From assembly GCA_963666985.2 (NCBI GenBank), contig CAXXIA010000002.1, forward strand, positions 512,001 to 576,000: a DNA stretch of 64,000 bases. The letters are read 5' to 3'. The translations under genes were made by a program, and so were the position numbers. The notes beneath the pieces were generated by a model. The model was not told the origin of the DNA, made no database searches, and worked only from the letters and a program-made list of their open reading frames with translations. This document shows, one piece after another, positions 18,899 through 29,039 of this stretch (its first letter is position 1; each line of letters starts with the position of its first letter). The DNA is from Spirochaetia bacterium (lineage in GTDB: Bacteria; Spirochaetota; Spirochaetia; DSM-2461).

Positions 18899-20788
18899 TT
18901 AGCGCCTCTCCACCTGTAGAAGAATCACCGCCACGTCGCCCGAACGCACGCCCGGCACCCGGGAGGCCTGCCCCACGCTCACCGGCCGTATAATCTTCAG
19001 CTTCTCCCGGGACTCGGTCGAAAGACCCGGAACATCATCCCAATTCAATCCTGAAGGAATGGACACATGCTCCATTCGGCGGAACCTCTGCACGTGCCGC
19101 TCTTCCCGCTTCATGTAGCCCTCATACTTCACATCAAGTTCAATCTGCCGGAGCCATTCGGGCTCGGCGCCCTCTCCCAAAGACGGCTCCACCTTCAGCA
19201 AATCAGGAAAACTCACCTTGGGATCTCTTAAAAGAAGCTCGAATTTTTCTCCGCCTTTGCGCTCCCCCCAGGGCCCCTTGTCAATCTCGGCCTCCGTCAG
19301 AGTGCGTTTCCGCAGCAGCTCCCGAATCTCGTCGATGCGGTCGCGTTTGGCCTCGAAACGCTCGGAGGCCGCCTCATCCTGAAGACCGGCCTCCCGGCCG
19401 TAAGCGAACAGCCGCCGATCGGCGTTATCATGCCGCAAAGCGATACGGTGCTCGGCGCGGCTGGTGAACATCCGGTAGGGCTCCTTGGTTCCCAAAGTCA
19501 CCAAATCGTCGATCATTACGCCGATATACGCCTCCGAACGGTCCAGAATTATCGGCGGCTTTCTCTGCATCCGCCGGGCGGCGTTAATCCCCGCCATCAG
19601 CCCTTGAGCCGCCGCCTCTTCATACCCGCTGGTGCCGTTGGTCTGCCCGGCGATAAAAAGATTGCGCATCCGTTTGGATTCCAAAGCCGGCGTGAGATGA
19701 ATGGGATTCAGATAATCGTACTCCACCGCGTATCCGGGCCGCATCATCTCCGCATGTTCCAAACCCGGAACGCTGTGAATGTATTCCACCTGGGCATCCT
19801 CGGGCAGACTGGTGGAGAGACCGTTCAGATACATTTCCTCGGTTTCGGCCCCCTCGGGCTCCACGAACACATGATGCCTTTCGCGGTCCGGGAACTTTAC
19901 CACCTTGTCCTCGATGGACGGGCAGTAGCGAGGACCCGTGCCCTCGATGCGTCCCGAGAACAAGGGAGAGCGTCCCAAATGACTGCGGATAATATCGTGA
20001 GTGTTCTTGTTGGTGTATGTAATGTAGCACTGCATGGCCGGACGCTCGGGCCTCTCCGGACCGAAACTGAAGGGGAACACCTCATCGTCGCCGAACTGGA
20101 TTTCCATCTTCTCTATATCCAGAGACCGCCGATGAACCCGCGCCGGCGTGCCCGTTTTCAGGCGGCCCACATCGAATCCCTTCTCCCGCAGATTCTTTCC
20201 CAAACCGAGAGCCGCCGGCTCTCCCAAGCGTCCGTTGGGCGCCACGAAATCACCGATGAAGATCTTCCCTTCCATGAACGTTCCGGTGGTCAGTACAACC
20301 GTCCGGGCCGTAATCTTATGTCCCCTCTCGGTTATCACGCCGCAAATTTGGGAATCGCACCAGGCCGCGGGATCCGCTCCGCCCTCAACGGGCGACTCCT
20401 TCACCGGCTCGGCCCATATATCCGTTACCGTATCCTGGAATAAGTCCAGATTGTTTTGGAGCTCCAGCGTATGCTTGGACTTCCGCCGGTAAGCGGGCTT
20501 GTCGGCCTGAGCCCGGGGCGCCTGCACCGCAGGACCGCGGCTTCGGTTGAGCACACGGAACTGAATCATCGTCGCATCGATAAGCCGGCCCATTTCTCCG
20601 CCCATGGCGTCGATCTCCCGGACCATGTTCCCTTTGGCCAGTCCCCCAATTGCGGGGTTGCACGAAAGGTTGCCGATGGTATCCAGGCATTGAGTAATGA
20701 GAACCGTATGATATCCCAGCCTTGAGAGCGCCAGAGCCGCCTCGATTCCGGCATGCCCCGCACCCACCACGACCGCATCGTAATCCAT
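18899..20788 (-). CDS. mnmG: tRNA uridine-5-carboxymethylaminomethyl modification enzyme MnmG (GidA)
   Basis: GAGHAG, SCNPAIGG.AKG, RLKTGTPAR, GPRYCPSIEDK, AGQTNGTSGYEEAAAQG and EPYRMFTSRAE motifs. Confidence 0.98.
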   Translation of the reverse strand: MDYDAVVVGAGHAGIEAALALSRLGYHTVLITQCLDTIGNLSCNPAIGGLAKGNMVREIDAMGGEMGRLIDATMIQFRVLNRSRGPAVQAPRAQADKPAYRRKSKHTLELQNNLDLFQDTVTDIWAEPVKESPVEGGADPAAWCDSQICGVITERGHKITARTVVLTTGTFMEGKIFIGDFVAPNGRLGEPAALGLGKNLREKGFDVGRLKTGTPARVHRRSLDIEKMEIQFGDDEVFPFSFGPERPERPAMQCYITYTNKNTHDIIRSHLGRSPLFSGRIEGTGPRYCPSIEDKVVKFPDRERHHVFVEPEGAETEEMYLNGLSTSLPEDAQVEYIHSVPGLEHAEMMRPGYAVEYDYLNPIHLTPALESKRMRNLFIAGQTNGTSGYEEAAAQGLMAGINAARRMQRKPPIILDRSEAYIGVMIDDLVTLGTKEPYRMFTSRAEHRIALRHDNADRRLFAYGREAGLQDEAASERFEAKRDRIDEIRELLRKRTLTEAEIDKGPWGERKGGEKFELLLRDPKVSFPDLLKVEPSLGEGAEPEWLRQIELDVKYEGYMKREERHVQRFRRMEHVSIPSGLNWDDVPGLSTESREKLKIIRPVSVGQASRVPGVRSGDVAVILLQVERR

Positions 20789-20981
20789 GGAGCGAAGGGT
20801 AGTGATTCGGTGGGAATTGGGCAAGAGATTGAACTGACCCCCGAAGCCGCCCGGAATAGCCCTTTCCCTCATCCCTCCGCTTCTTTTCCCCGCGAGTTAT
20901 GCTCAAGCCGCGCCGGAACCGCCGCGGCCTGGGGTGAACCACACCTCATCCGCTCTCTCACCTTGAAACGGGCAAGCTCCA

Positions 20982-21641
20982 TCAATCCTCGGGCAGAATA
21001 TAGGCACCATCTTCATCAAAGTAATCGAGAATCTCCCAGGGATCGGTTTCAGGCTCATTCTCTTTCTCAATCAGGGCCATCAGAGATTCTTCACACCAGG
21101 ACCAGGCGTTTGCATCGGGATCGAGCCGTGATTCCCGGTAATCGGTCAGACCGGGATGCCGAAAGATCAGCTTCGCATAATGCATCACATCCTTTCGCTT
21201 GCTGATCAGCAGGGACACGTCGCGATTGTGCCAGTACAAAGTCATCGTGCCCTGATTATTATCAACAGAGTACTCATACTCTCCGTGAACCCGGCTGTAG
21301 GCATTGTAAATCGTGTCCATAAATCCCAGCATGGCCTCTTCGGTACGGAACACATAAATATACGCCACTTTCTGAAGCCGATCGTTCTCAAAGAGGTACG
21401 AGTAGTAGCCCATGGACACCACGGCCCCGTTACCGTCGAACCTGGGCTCTCCCCGATAGGTAACCCGCCGGTCATTGCTGTCCGATACAAAAGAATCATA
21501 CTCGGCTTCAAAAAGCATCGTGTCCGCCAAAGAGGAATCCCAGGGCGGATGAGAGAACAGCGGGGTTTCATACTCTTCCTGAGCGGAAAGTCCAGATACC
21601 GACAGAATCGCCAAAAACATTATCAAAGACGTCTTTTTCAT
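20982..21641 (-). CDS. Secreted hypothetical protein (paralogue of the adjacent gene)
   Basis: Signal peptide MKKTSL...LSAQ; shares TP..PPW and Y.FENDRL motifs with 21670-22920. Confidence 0.6.
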   Translation of the reverse strand: MKKTSLIMFLAILSVSGLSAQEEYETPLFSHPPWDSSLADTMLFEAEYDSFVSDSNDRRVTYRGEPRFDGNGAVVSMGYYSYLFENDRLQKVAYIYVFRTEEAMLGFMDTIYNAYSRVHGEYEYSVDNNQGTMTLYWHNRDVSLLISKRKDVMHYAKLIFRHPGLTDYRESRLDPDANAWSWCEESLMALIEKENEPETDPWEILDYFDEDGAYILPED

Positions 21642-21669
21642 TCCATATCCACCGACATCAATCCGCTCT

Positions 21670-22920
21670 TCATTCAACAGCCGTTCGCAGAAAGCTTGAA
21701 CCGGTCCATCTGAGTGTTATCCGGGATCCGCCCTTTATTTCGTAATCCTGAGCAACATTTCCCCGGGCCGGGCGATCACCGTCCAAGATATCACTCAATA
21801 CGGACGAAGACGGGCTGGAATAGATCGAATTGGCCCAAACATATTTATCACCGGTCCACCAGACGTAGGTAATATCCGGCCGCTGCGGACGGATGGTGAA
21901 ATCACCGGTATGCACCTCATGGTTCCACCGCCCGTTCCGATAATAGCTGACGGCCACTTTTTCGCCATAGCCAAGATCAAAGGAAATTTCGCTGAGCCAA
22001 TCCCGAGCCGGCAGCTTGCTGAGCCTGAAGACCGGTCCGTCGTATCCCTGAAGCATCTCCGCTTCAACCGGTGTTGTATAAAATTCCTGATGACCGTCCC
22101 GCTCGTCGGTATACCAGCGGTTTCCGTTGATGCCTGTATAAAATTTCGTACCGCTTCCGGGTGTCCCCTCTTCCAGGGCCACAATAGACACCGATGACTT
22201 TGTTGAGTTTTGCAGCCGGTAGCCGGCGCCGGGCCGGATTGTCACCGTTTCCTGCATGAGCTTCACGAAACCCTGGGCGGCATAAACCTGCAGCGTCTTC
22301 GGAGTATCGTTGAGGATGGTGAACTCTTTCCTCATCCACTCCCGGGCCTGCGTGTAAAAACCGTCAACAACAGACTGTCCGTCGAACACGGCAACCCGGC
22401 GGGCTTCCTCCTGTGAAACCCCGGGAGGAAGAAATGTTATCAGGATATGCTGCGGTTCAACGCCGCTTTGGGAGCGAAAGAGAATAAGACCGTTATTCCA
22501 GATCTTCTTCTCTTCCCATGCGCCATCCTCCGCACCCGGAGGCAGAACCTTACCTTCACCGTAAATATTGGCATATTGAGAGTCGAACCATCTCTTGTAT
22601 TGCCGCATGAAATCCGAAGAACAGGCCATATGGTATTCAACCCTGTTCAGCCGATCATTCTCGAAAATGTAAACAAGCAGCCCCATTCGTGCCGGCGACG
22701 CATCGGTACCAATGGAATGGTCCTGAAGGGCCAGTACGTTTTCAGCCGCCTTCACGGGCGGCGGACCAATCCGGCTGAACAGCTGAACAGTATCATTCAT
22801 GCTTGTTCCCCAGGGAGGAATCGGAATTCCCGGAGTCTGATACTGCTCTGCGCTCTGGGCGGACAGAGCCCCTCCCGCAATCAGCAGAACCACCAGTACA
22901 AAAAGAGCTCTCTCTTTCAT
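21670..22920 (-). CDS. Secreted multi-domain hypothetical protein
   Basis: GAGGAG RBS; signal peptide ...GALSAQ; 416-aa ORF. Confidence 0.65.
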   Translation of the reverse strand: MKERALFVLVVLLIAGGALSAQSAEQYQTPGIPIPPWGTSMNDTVQLFSRIGPPPVKAAENVLALQDHSIGTDASPARMGLLVYIFENDRLNRVEYHMACSSDFMRQYKRWFDSQYANIYGEGKVLPPGAEDGAWEEKKIWNNGLILFRSQSGVEPQHILITFLPPGVSQEEARRVAVFDGQSVVDGFYTQAREWMRKEFTILNDTPKTLQVYAAQGFVKLMQETVTIRPGAGYRLQNSTKSSVSIVALEEGTPGSGTKFYTGINGNRWYTDERDGHQEFYTTPVEAEMLQGYDGPVFRLSKLPARDWLSEISFDLGYGEKVAVSYYRNGRWNHEVHTGDFTIRPQRPDITYVWWTGDKYVWANSIYSSPSSSVLSDILDGDRPARGNVAQDYEIKGGSRITLRWTGSSFLRTAVE

Positions 22921-23143
22921 GAAACAATCACTCCTCAACATCAGCTTCGAGCATATGGGGATTCACATCATTCATAATAATGTATGACGGAAAAACAAAG
23001 GCACCATAATCTCTTTAGCTTTCACCATATCGCATAAATGAACAGAATCAAGCCGCTTCGGTTTGAGGAGCTTTATATTGATGTAACCGGAATCGGCATT
23101 CGGCTTATATCGGGTATGAAAAATATTTTCGCTATCTTGATTC

Positions 23144-23169
23144 AAACATGCCATACTGATGTCATGTTT
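23144..23169. promoter_or_regulatory. Palindromic operator, probable WYL/YafY regulator site
   Basis: AAACATGCCA-TACTGA-TGTCATGTTT near-perfect inverted repeat of TG(A/C)CA-N6-TGTCA type, upstream of the DUF3795-WYL pair. Confidence 0.6.
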
Positions 23170-23212
23170 AATCCCACACAATGGCGGCACAAGAACGAAC
23201 AAGGAGATACTC

Positions 23213-23554
23213 ATGGAAACCATCATTGCCGCCTGCGGACTGGACTGCGCAGCCTGCCCGGGCTACATCGCTTGGAAAACGGACGATCAAAAGCTGCGGA
23301 TCAAGACCGCGGCAGAATGGTCCAAAGAGTTTGGATTCGTCGGGAAGCCGGAAATGATCGACTGCGCCGGCTGCATGACCGATACGGATGGACCGCGGGT
23401 CGGACACTGCTCTGTGTGCGAATACCGGTCCTGCGCCATGGAACGAAGCTTAAGCACCTGCGCGGCCTGCGGCGAATACCCCTGCAAGTCGCTTGCGGGC
23501 TTCCTCGCGCAGGTGCCCGCGGCAAAGGCAAACCTGGAAGCGCTCCGAAGCTGA
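23213..23554 (+). CDS. DUF3795 Cys-rich protein
   Basis: ACGLDC..CP, C.GC, C..C..R.C and C..C.EYPC motifs; AAGGAG RBS. Confidence 0.85.
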   Translation: METIIAACGLDCAACPGYIAWKTDDQKLRIKTAAEWSKEFGFVGKPEMIDCAGCMTDTDGPRVGHCSVCEYRSCAMERSLSTCAACGEYPCKSLAGFLAQVPAAKANLEALRS

Positions 23555-23559
23555 ACCTC

Positions 23560-23589
23560 GGACCGGCGGTCCTTCCAATCCGCCGGTCC
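23560..23589 (+). terminator. Intergenic hairpin
   Basis: GGACCGGCGG...CCGCCGGTCC perfect 10-bp stem. Confidence 0.5.
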
Positions 23590-23615
23590 GTTTACCACCG
23601 CTAAGGGCGTCCGGC

Positions 23616-24557
23616 ATGAGAATCGACCGGCTCTATGCCCTCGCCCTCCACCTTTCCCGTCACGAAAACCTCACCGCGGCAAAGCTCGCCGAGCACTTCG
23701 AGGTGTCGATCCGGACCATCCACCGCGATTTGGAAACTCTGGACATGGCCGGTGTTCCGGTAGTAACGCGCCAAGGCCGCGGAGGCGGCGTAAGCCTTAT
23801 GTCCGGCTACCGGCTCGAAGGCGGCTATTTAACGCGAAAAGAACTGCGGGAGCTGGCCCTAACCCTGGAAGGCATCGCTCCCATTCTCTCAGGAACATCG
23901 GTGCCTTCCATCGCGGGGAAAGTGGCGGCGATGAATAGGACGGATCGAATTTTCAGTGACAAAGCGGAAACCTACGTTCCTCCCGTGGACATCGACCTGA
24001 GGGGATGGAGCCGGCGACCCGAATGGAAGAAAACCATGACCGCGCTGACCGAAGCGATCAAAACCGAACATGCCGTCGGATTCGCCTATATGTCCCTGAA
24101 CGATGTTAAAACCGAAAGAGATGTGGAACCGCTGAAAGTAATTTTTCGAAACAGCACATGGTACCTCTCCGGCTGGTGCCGGCTGCGGCGAAGCTACCGA
24201 TGGTTCAACGTCTCCCGGATCGAAAACATCCGTCTCCTTGAATCCCGATTCGACCGCCGCGGGCGTTTAAACGAAATGAAAGAAGACGACGGATTCAGCG
24301 AACCTGTTACGGATATCAGTCTTTCTCTCACGGAGAAGGGTCTTGCCAAAGCCCGTCATTACCTCGATCAGGATTCCGTAAGATCGGCGGGGAAGCGCCA
24401 CACGGCGCTTCTTCGATGGCCGATGAGCGAATGGGTTTACTCATTTCTTCTCGGTCTGGGCCCGGAGGTTTCCGTTATCGCGCCTGATGAAGTACGCAGC
24501 GAAATGGCGCTTCGAATCGCGCAAATGGCCGGAAACTACGCTTCAGCGGATTCTTAA
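23616..24557 (+). CDS. YafY-family HTH-WYL transcriptional regulator
   Basis: MRIDRL, LAEHFEVS.RTI.RD.E.L, G.GGG, WYL.GWC.LR..R.F..SRI and WCX-like C-terminus. Confidence 0.92.
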   Translation: MRIDRLYALALHLSRHENLTAAKLAEHFEVSIRTIHRDLETLDMAGVPVVTRQGRGGGVSLMSGYRLEGGYLTRKELRELALTLEGIAPILSGTSVPSIAGKVAAMNRTDRIFSDKAETYVPPVDIDLRGWSRRPEWKKTMTALTEAIKTEHAVGFAYMSLNDVKTERDVEPLKVIFRNSTWYLSGWCRLRRSYRWFNVSRIENIRLLESRFDRRGRLNEMKEDDGFSEPVTDISLSLTEKGLAKARHYLDQDSVRSAGKRHTALLRWPMSEWVYSFLLGLGPEVSVIAPDEVRSEMALRIAQMAGNYASADS

Positions 24558-24661
24558 AGCCCTCGCTTCGGCGATAAAAAAGATTCAATACACCCGATAC
24601 CGGATTTAAGCAAGGAAACAACGACCTTTGTTCCGATGCATAACAAAAAGCTTCCGAAGAC

Positions 24662-25093
24662 TCATTGACCGGTTTCATTACCCGCTCGTTTGGCACTCCC
24701 CCGGCACAAATCTTTTTCAGGAACTCCATCAATCCAGACCATGAGTTCTCTAATACGCTGATTTGTCAGATCGAGAAGAATCGAATAAGAACAAGCTGAA
24801 TACGCCCAGCCGTATTCGATTAATTTATCATCTTTGGGAAATCTTGCTTCAAGAACAGAATCACGATAAAGAAGCCACGCACTTTGAGACTTTTCCAGAG
24901 CTGCAATAAAAATCCGATCTTCAGCATAATCTTGAAGGATTTCCGTATAAATCAGGTCCAACTTCGATTGCGCTTCTTGAAGTTCCGAAAATAACTCTTG
25001 AGTAATATCATCCAACGCAGACGCGTTTACAGGAAGAAAAAAGAACTGACTGAAGAGAATAATAACTGAAAATACAAATCGTTTTGGTTTCAT
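24662..25093 (-). CDS. LprI-family (DUF1311) exported protein
   Basis: Signal peptide; L...Y..I, L.KSQ.AW..YRD and C....T..RI.EL motifs. Confidence 0.75.
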   Translation of the reverse strand: MKPKRFVFSVIILFSQFFFLPVNASALDDITQELFSELQEAQSKLDLIYTEILQDYAEDRIFIAALEKSQSAWLLYRDSVLEARFPKDDKLIEYGWAYSACSYSILLDLTNQRIRELMVWIDGVPEKDLCRGSAKRAGNETGQ

Positions 25094-25163
25094 TGAATCC
25101 GCTGCCGAGGCGGGATACCGAAGCGGCAAAGACCTCCTTGAAATTATTTTTAATTCTTAATCC

Positions 25164-25688
25164 CTATTTGTTATGCTCCACCCAAATTAATCCATCGATT
25201 TCATACCCTAGCCGCTTTGCTTCATTCAAATAATTTTCTTTGATCTTTTCCGGAATTGTTTTCTCTCTGGATAAGATCCACAGATATTGAAGATTCTTTC
25301 CCGCAACTAATGCATAGTTATATTCATTGTCCAGCATTATGACATTATAGGCCCCATAAAAAGGACCGAAGAAAGAAACCTCCAGTTCCGCGGTAGAGCT
25401 ATTGCCTCTAAATCTTGCTTTTCCCACAGCACTTTCCCATTTGTCTTTTTTATAGTTATATCCTCTATTTTCAACACGAATGGTTCCATCGGCATTTAGA
25501 GAATACTCCGCCGTAGTGTTGTTGAGATTTTTTTCAAATGTGAAATCAAATCGTGCAATCTCATACCATTTTCCCAGATATTTCTCCGAATCAAATGATT
25601 GGACCGGATTCGCGCCATTGGGGATTGAAGTACACGAAAATCCCAGAAAGAAAGATCCCATCAGCACTGCGAATGTCTTCCTTTTCAT
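25164..25688 (-). CDS. blc: Bacterial lipocalin lipoprotein
   Basis: Lipobox Cys; YLGKWYEIAR, TAEYS, VSFFGPFY..Y and YLWILSR motifs. Confidence 0.92.
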   Translation of the reverse strand: MKRKTFAVLMGSFFLGFSCTSIPNGANPVQSFDSEKYLGKWYEIARFDFTFEKNLNNTTAEYSLNADGTIRVENRGYNYKKDKWESAVGKARFRGNSSTAELEVSFFGPFYGAYNVIMLDNEYNYALVAGKNLQYLWILSREKTIPEKIKENYLNEAKRLGYEIDGLIWVEHNK

Positions 25689-25822
25689 AAAAGTCGACTC
25701 CTCCTAATACTAATATAGCTGATTTTTCAAAGAAACGGATCTTCCGCCGAAGACGTGCCGCTCCCGTACAACAGATTAGATAAGGAAGAGAACGGGAACG
25801 CCGTTGTGAAAAGCAGAATCGT

Positions 25823-26419
25823 TTACCCGCGAAGATATGGAGAATAGAGTGCTTTGCAGACTTTAATTGCTTTGGAAGTGTCATAAGCCATTTCCAAATA
25901 GATATTCCCGTTGTATTCAAACTCCAGAATCGTTTCCAGGCCGAGCTTTCTTTCATGAGCCGAGGCCGATCTTGGATTCGCTTTATTCACGAAGGTCAGC
26001 AGAATGGGGAAGCGGCGGGCCATGTGCTCTCTGGAGGTTTCAAAAAGAAGCTCAAGCGCTCCGGTTCCGCGATATTTCCGGTCAATGCAGATAGGACCGT
26101 ATTGATAAGTGTTTGCCGTATTCAGCCGGCGGCCAAGATATTCAAGACTCCCCAAACCCTCAATCATGTGCCGGAACATCGGCCACGCTTTCCAGTAATC
26201 CCACGATCCGGACATGGCGTATCCGACGACTTTGCCGGCGTCTTTGAGAATAAACAGACCTTGTTCTTTTTTGATTAGTTCCCGAAGCTGATCTTTCGTG
26301 AATAATGTCGTTACAAATCCATCGGCTTTGTCTTCTTCGGAAATTGTATTCACGTGATACTTTGCTTGAAGAAGCATCACCTCTTCAAGATCTTCCGTTA
26401 CGGCGGCTCGACATTCCAT
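25823..26419 (-). CDS. GNAT-family acetyltransferase
   Basis: GFVTT.F, YQYGPICID..YRG.G and N.RS..AH..KLG motifs. Confidence 0.8.
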   Translation of the reverse strand: MECRAAVTEDLEEVMLLQAKYHVNTISEEDKADGFVTTLFTKDQLRELIKKEQGLFILKDAGKVVGYAMSGSWDYWKAWPMFRHMIEGLGSLEYLGRRLNTANTYQYGPICIDRKYRGTGALELLFETSREHMARRFPILLTFVNKANPRSASAHERKLGLETILEFEYNGNIYLEMAYDTSKAIKVCKALYSPYLRG

Positions 26420-26502
26420 GCCTTAAGAATATAACGAGGCTCTTTATTCCGTACAACAGCCGGAGAACAGGCAAAGCCGAACAGTCGAGTCCGGCGCAGG
26501 GC

Positions 26503-27435
26503 CTACTTTGCCGCGTCCATTTCCGCGGCGGTTGGGGGATCGGCGCCTTGCCGAGCACAGTTCAAGCTGGAAGCCTTAACGGCGAAGGCCACGACGTCGC
26601 GGGCTTCGTCTTTGGTGAGTTCACTCGCGGTTCGCTCCGAAAGTCTGCCGATCTGGTGCAGCCGCACGAGAAGAGCGGCATGAAAAGTATCACCTGCGCC
26701 GATGGTGTCTTTGACCGTTACCGGATATTCGGGGGCTTCCACTTGAAAAGACGGGCCCATCATCACCGCCCCGTCTTTTCCTCGCGTCATTACCACAAGT
26801 CCGGCTCCTTTCGCCAGCCATTCGGCCGCGCTCTCTTCCGCCCTGCGTCCGGGATACATCCATTCCAAATCGGCGCCGCTTACTTTCACGATGGTGGAAA
26901 GACCGGCGAGAGCTTCCATCTCGGCGATATAGGCCTTTTTGTCGCCGATCATCATGGGCCGGACATTGGGATCGAAAGAGAGGGCCCGTTTGCCCGATTC
27001 CCGGCGGATAAGAGATTTGATGGTTTGTGCCTGGGGTTCGAGCAGGAGCGAGATGGATCCGAATTCAAGGCATTCCACCGAATCGGGCAGGGATTCGGGG
27101 ACATCCACGGGAACCAGATTCCGGTCGGCCGTGTTCTCCGTATAAAAGGCGTATCGGGGTTCTTTTCCGTCGGCGATTTTCACGAAGGCCAAGGTGGAAA
27201 GCCGATCGGAACGCTTGGTAAAAGAGGTGTTCACGCCTTCGGCCGTTAAACGGTCGAAGAGCATGTCGCCGAAAAAATCACGGGATATTTTGCCCAAAAA
27301 GCCGACCGGTGCGCCCAGGCGCGCGGCGGCGATGGCCAGGTTATAAGGAGATCCGCCCGGGCAGGGAGCGTATTGCAGATCGGCGGTCTTCTGGGGAACG
27401 AAATCAATAAGGGCTTCACCGCAGCTTACGATCAT
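26503..27435 (-). CDS. PfkB-family carbohydrate kinase (fructokinase-like)
   Basis: CGEALID, GGSPYN.A, DPNVRP and DTIGAGDTF motifs. Confidence 0.9.
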   Translation of the reverse strand: MIVSCGEALIDFVPQKTADLQYAPCPGGSPYNLAIAAARLGAPVGFLGKISRDFFGDMLFDRLTAEGVNTSFTKRSDRLSTLAFVKIADGKEPRYAFYTENTADRNLVPVDVPESLPDSVECLEFGSISLLLEPQAQTIKSLIRRESGKRALSFDPNVRPMMIGDKKAYIAEMEALAGLSTIVKVSGADLEWMYPGRRAEESAAEWLAKGAGLVVMTRGKDGAVMMGPSFQVEAPEYPVTVKDTIGAGDTFHAALLVRLHQIGRLSERTASELTKDEARDVVAFAVKASSLNCARQGADPPTAAEMDAAK

Positions 27436-27587
27436 GAAAAACCTCGAAACGATCATGGTTCATTCGAAATCAGCCGGCAAGACCGGCACGTTCCGATTCG
27501 GGAAAAGCATACCACGGGAAGCTTCGGGGGTCATCCAAAGAAAACCTTGAAGCATGCAAAATCAAGCTCACCTTTAGGTTTCGGCGT

Positions 27588-29039
27588 TCAGACGGGAATA
27601 AGCTCGGAACCATCGGGACCGAAGGTACGGATTTCCGAACGCATGTGCGCGAAATCAACCGAAAGCTCGGCTCTGTAATCGGCGGCGTTCCTGTACAGAT
27701 TCAGGTGCCGTCCTTCTTTTTTAATTTCCACACGCAAATCCTCGGCCGTGACATTCCCGAAGGCCGGGTGGGTGTTGCGGAATTCCATAAGCTTCAGAAG
27801 ACGCTTCACCACGGGTCTTTTCAGTTCTTTTTCGGCTTCATCGAGAGTGTAGGCGCGGCGGTTGATATCCCTGCCCTGCCGGGTATGCTCCACAAGCGCT
27901 ATGTCGTTTCGCCCGGCCAGAAGTCCGACATAGTAAACCTGCGGAATACCGGGTGCGAAGAACTGAACCGCCCGGGCGGCCATGTAGGCGTCGTCGTTCT
28001 CGCCCAGCGCCGAATAGTAAGTGCAGTTAATCTGATAGAGATCCAGATTGCCGAAAGAGGCCGAGGAATAACGGCGGTTGGCGTTGGATCCTTTTGTGTA
28101 AAGGGCTTCCACCGTTTGATCGATTTCTTCCGGAGTAAGCAAATCGGCGACATCGACGATACCGATGCCGTCGTGGGTGTCGAGAGTGGTAACACAGTCG
28201 CGGGGGCACTTCTCCAGCCAGGCGGCCAAAGGACGCGCGTCGGCGGCATAAACGGCGCGAAGAAGCAGCATGGGCAGGGCGAAGTCGTACACCTTTAATC
28301 CCCAGGATGCCAGAAGTTCCTGATAGCGGTGATGCTCGTGAACTTCCGGAAGAAGTTCCACACCGTAAGGGGCGGCGATGGCTCGGCACCGATTTAAGAG
28401 TTCGGGCAGTTCCGGCTCTTCGAAGAAAAAGCGGGTTCCCGGCTTCTTGGTGACGTATCCGGCGGCATCCAAGCGGACCGTGGCTATTCCTTTCCGGCGG
28501 CAGAGATTTCCCAGTTCCTCCTCCAGCCAGCGCCGGCCTGTTTCGGAAAACACATCGATATCAATCTGTTCTTCGGAAAAGGTGCACCATACGTCGCGGA
28601 TGCTGCCGTCATCGAACGTAACGGGAATCCAGGGATCGCGGGGTTTGCGCGTGTAGATTTTTTCGCGGTCCTCTGCCGGAACTCCATCGGGGTAAAGCCG
28701 GTCCACGGGGATGAAAAGATCGGCCCATTGTGATTCCGATCCCTTCTCGCGCCAGTCCCGAAACCAGGGAGAAAGAGCCGAGACATGGTTCACCATGAAA
28801 TCAACGGTCAGTTCGAAGTCTGTTCCTAAGGCTTCAACCTGATCCCAGGTTCCGAAGGACTGCTCCACGATTTGATAGAGTATCGGAGCAAATCCCCTGT
28901 CGGCCGATGAGGGATAAAACGGAAGGATATGGACGCCTTTAACGGCTTTGGAGAGTTTCCCGCCGAGGAACGTATGGAGTTCCCTGATATTCCGACCAAG
29001 GCTGTCCGCGTAGGTGATGATATGAATACCGTTTTTCAT
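27588..29039 (-). CDS. gtfA: Sucrose phosphorylase family (GH13_18) glycoside phosphorylase
   Basis: ITY.DSLG, HILPFYPS..DRGF.P, RLDA.GY, EVHEH, TLDTHDGIG, NLDLYQ.NCTYYSAL and PG.PQVYYVG motifs. Confidence 0.85.
   Translation of the reverse strand: MKNGIHIITYADSLGRNIRELHTFLGGKLSKAVKGVHILPFYPSSADRGFAPILYQIVEQSFGTWDQVEALGTDFELTVDFMVNHVSALSPWFRDWREKGSESQWADLFIPVDRLYPDGVPAEDREKIYTRKPRDPWIPVTFDDGSIRDVWCTFSEEQIDIDVFSETGRRWLEEELGNLCRRKGIATVRLDAAGYVTKKPGTRFFFEEPELPELLNRCRAIAAPYGVELLPEVHEHHRYQELLASWGLKVYDFALPMLLLRAVYAADARPLAAWLEKCPRDCVTTLDTHDGIGIVDVADLLTPEEIDQTVEALYTKGSNANRRYSSASFGNLDLYQINCTYYSALGENDDAYMAARAVQFFAPGIPQVYYVGLLAGRNDIALVEHTRQGRDINRRAYTLDEAEKELKRPVVKRLLKLMEFRNTHPAFGNVTAEDLRVEIKKEGRHLNLYRNAADYRAELSVDFAHMRSEIRTFGPDGSELIPV

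Noticed and set aside
19430..20443. 337-aa + strand ORF, and similar long antisense ORFs at 26305-27249, 39560-40540, 41660-42688 and 50208-51119
   Set aside because: Each lies wholly or largely opposite a well-supported gene; expected from codon bias in GC-rich DNA.
20789..20830. Possible leaderless start of mnmG (no Shine-Dalgarno; TTGCCC...TACCCT upstream)
   Set aside because: The promoter match is too weak to call without start-site data.
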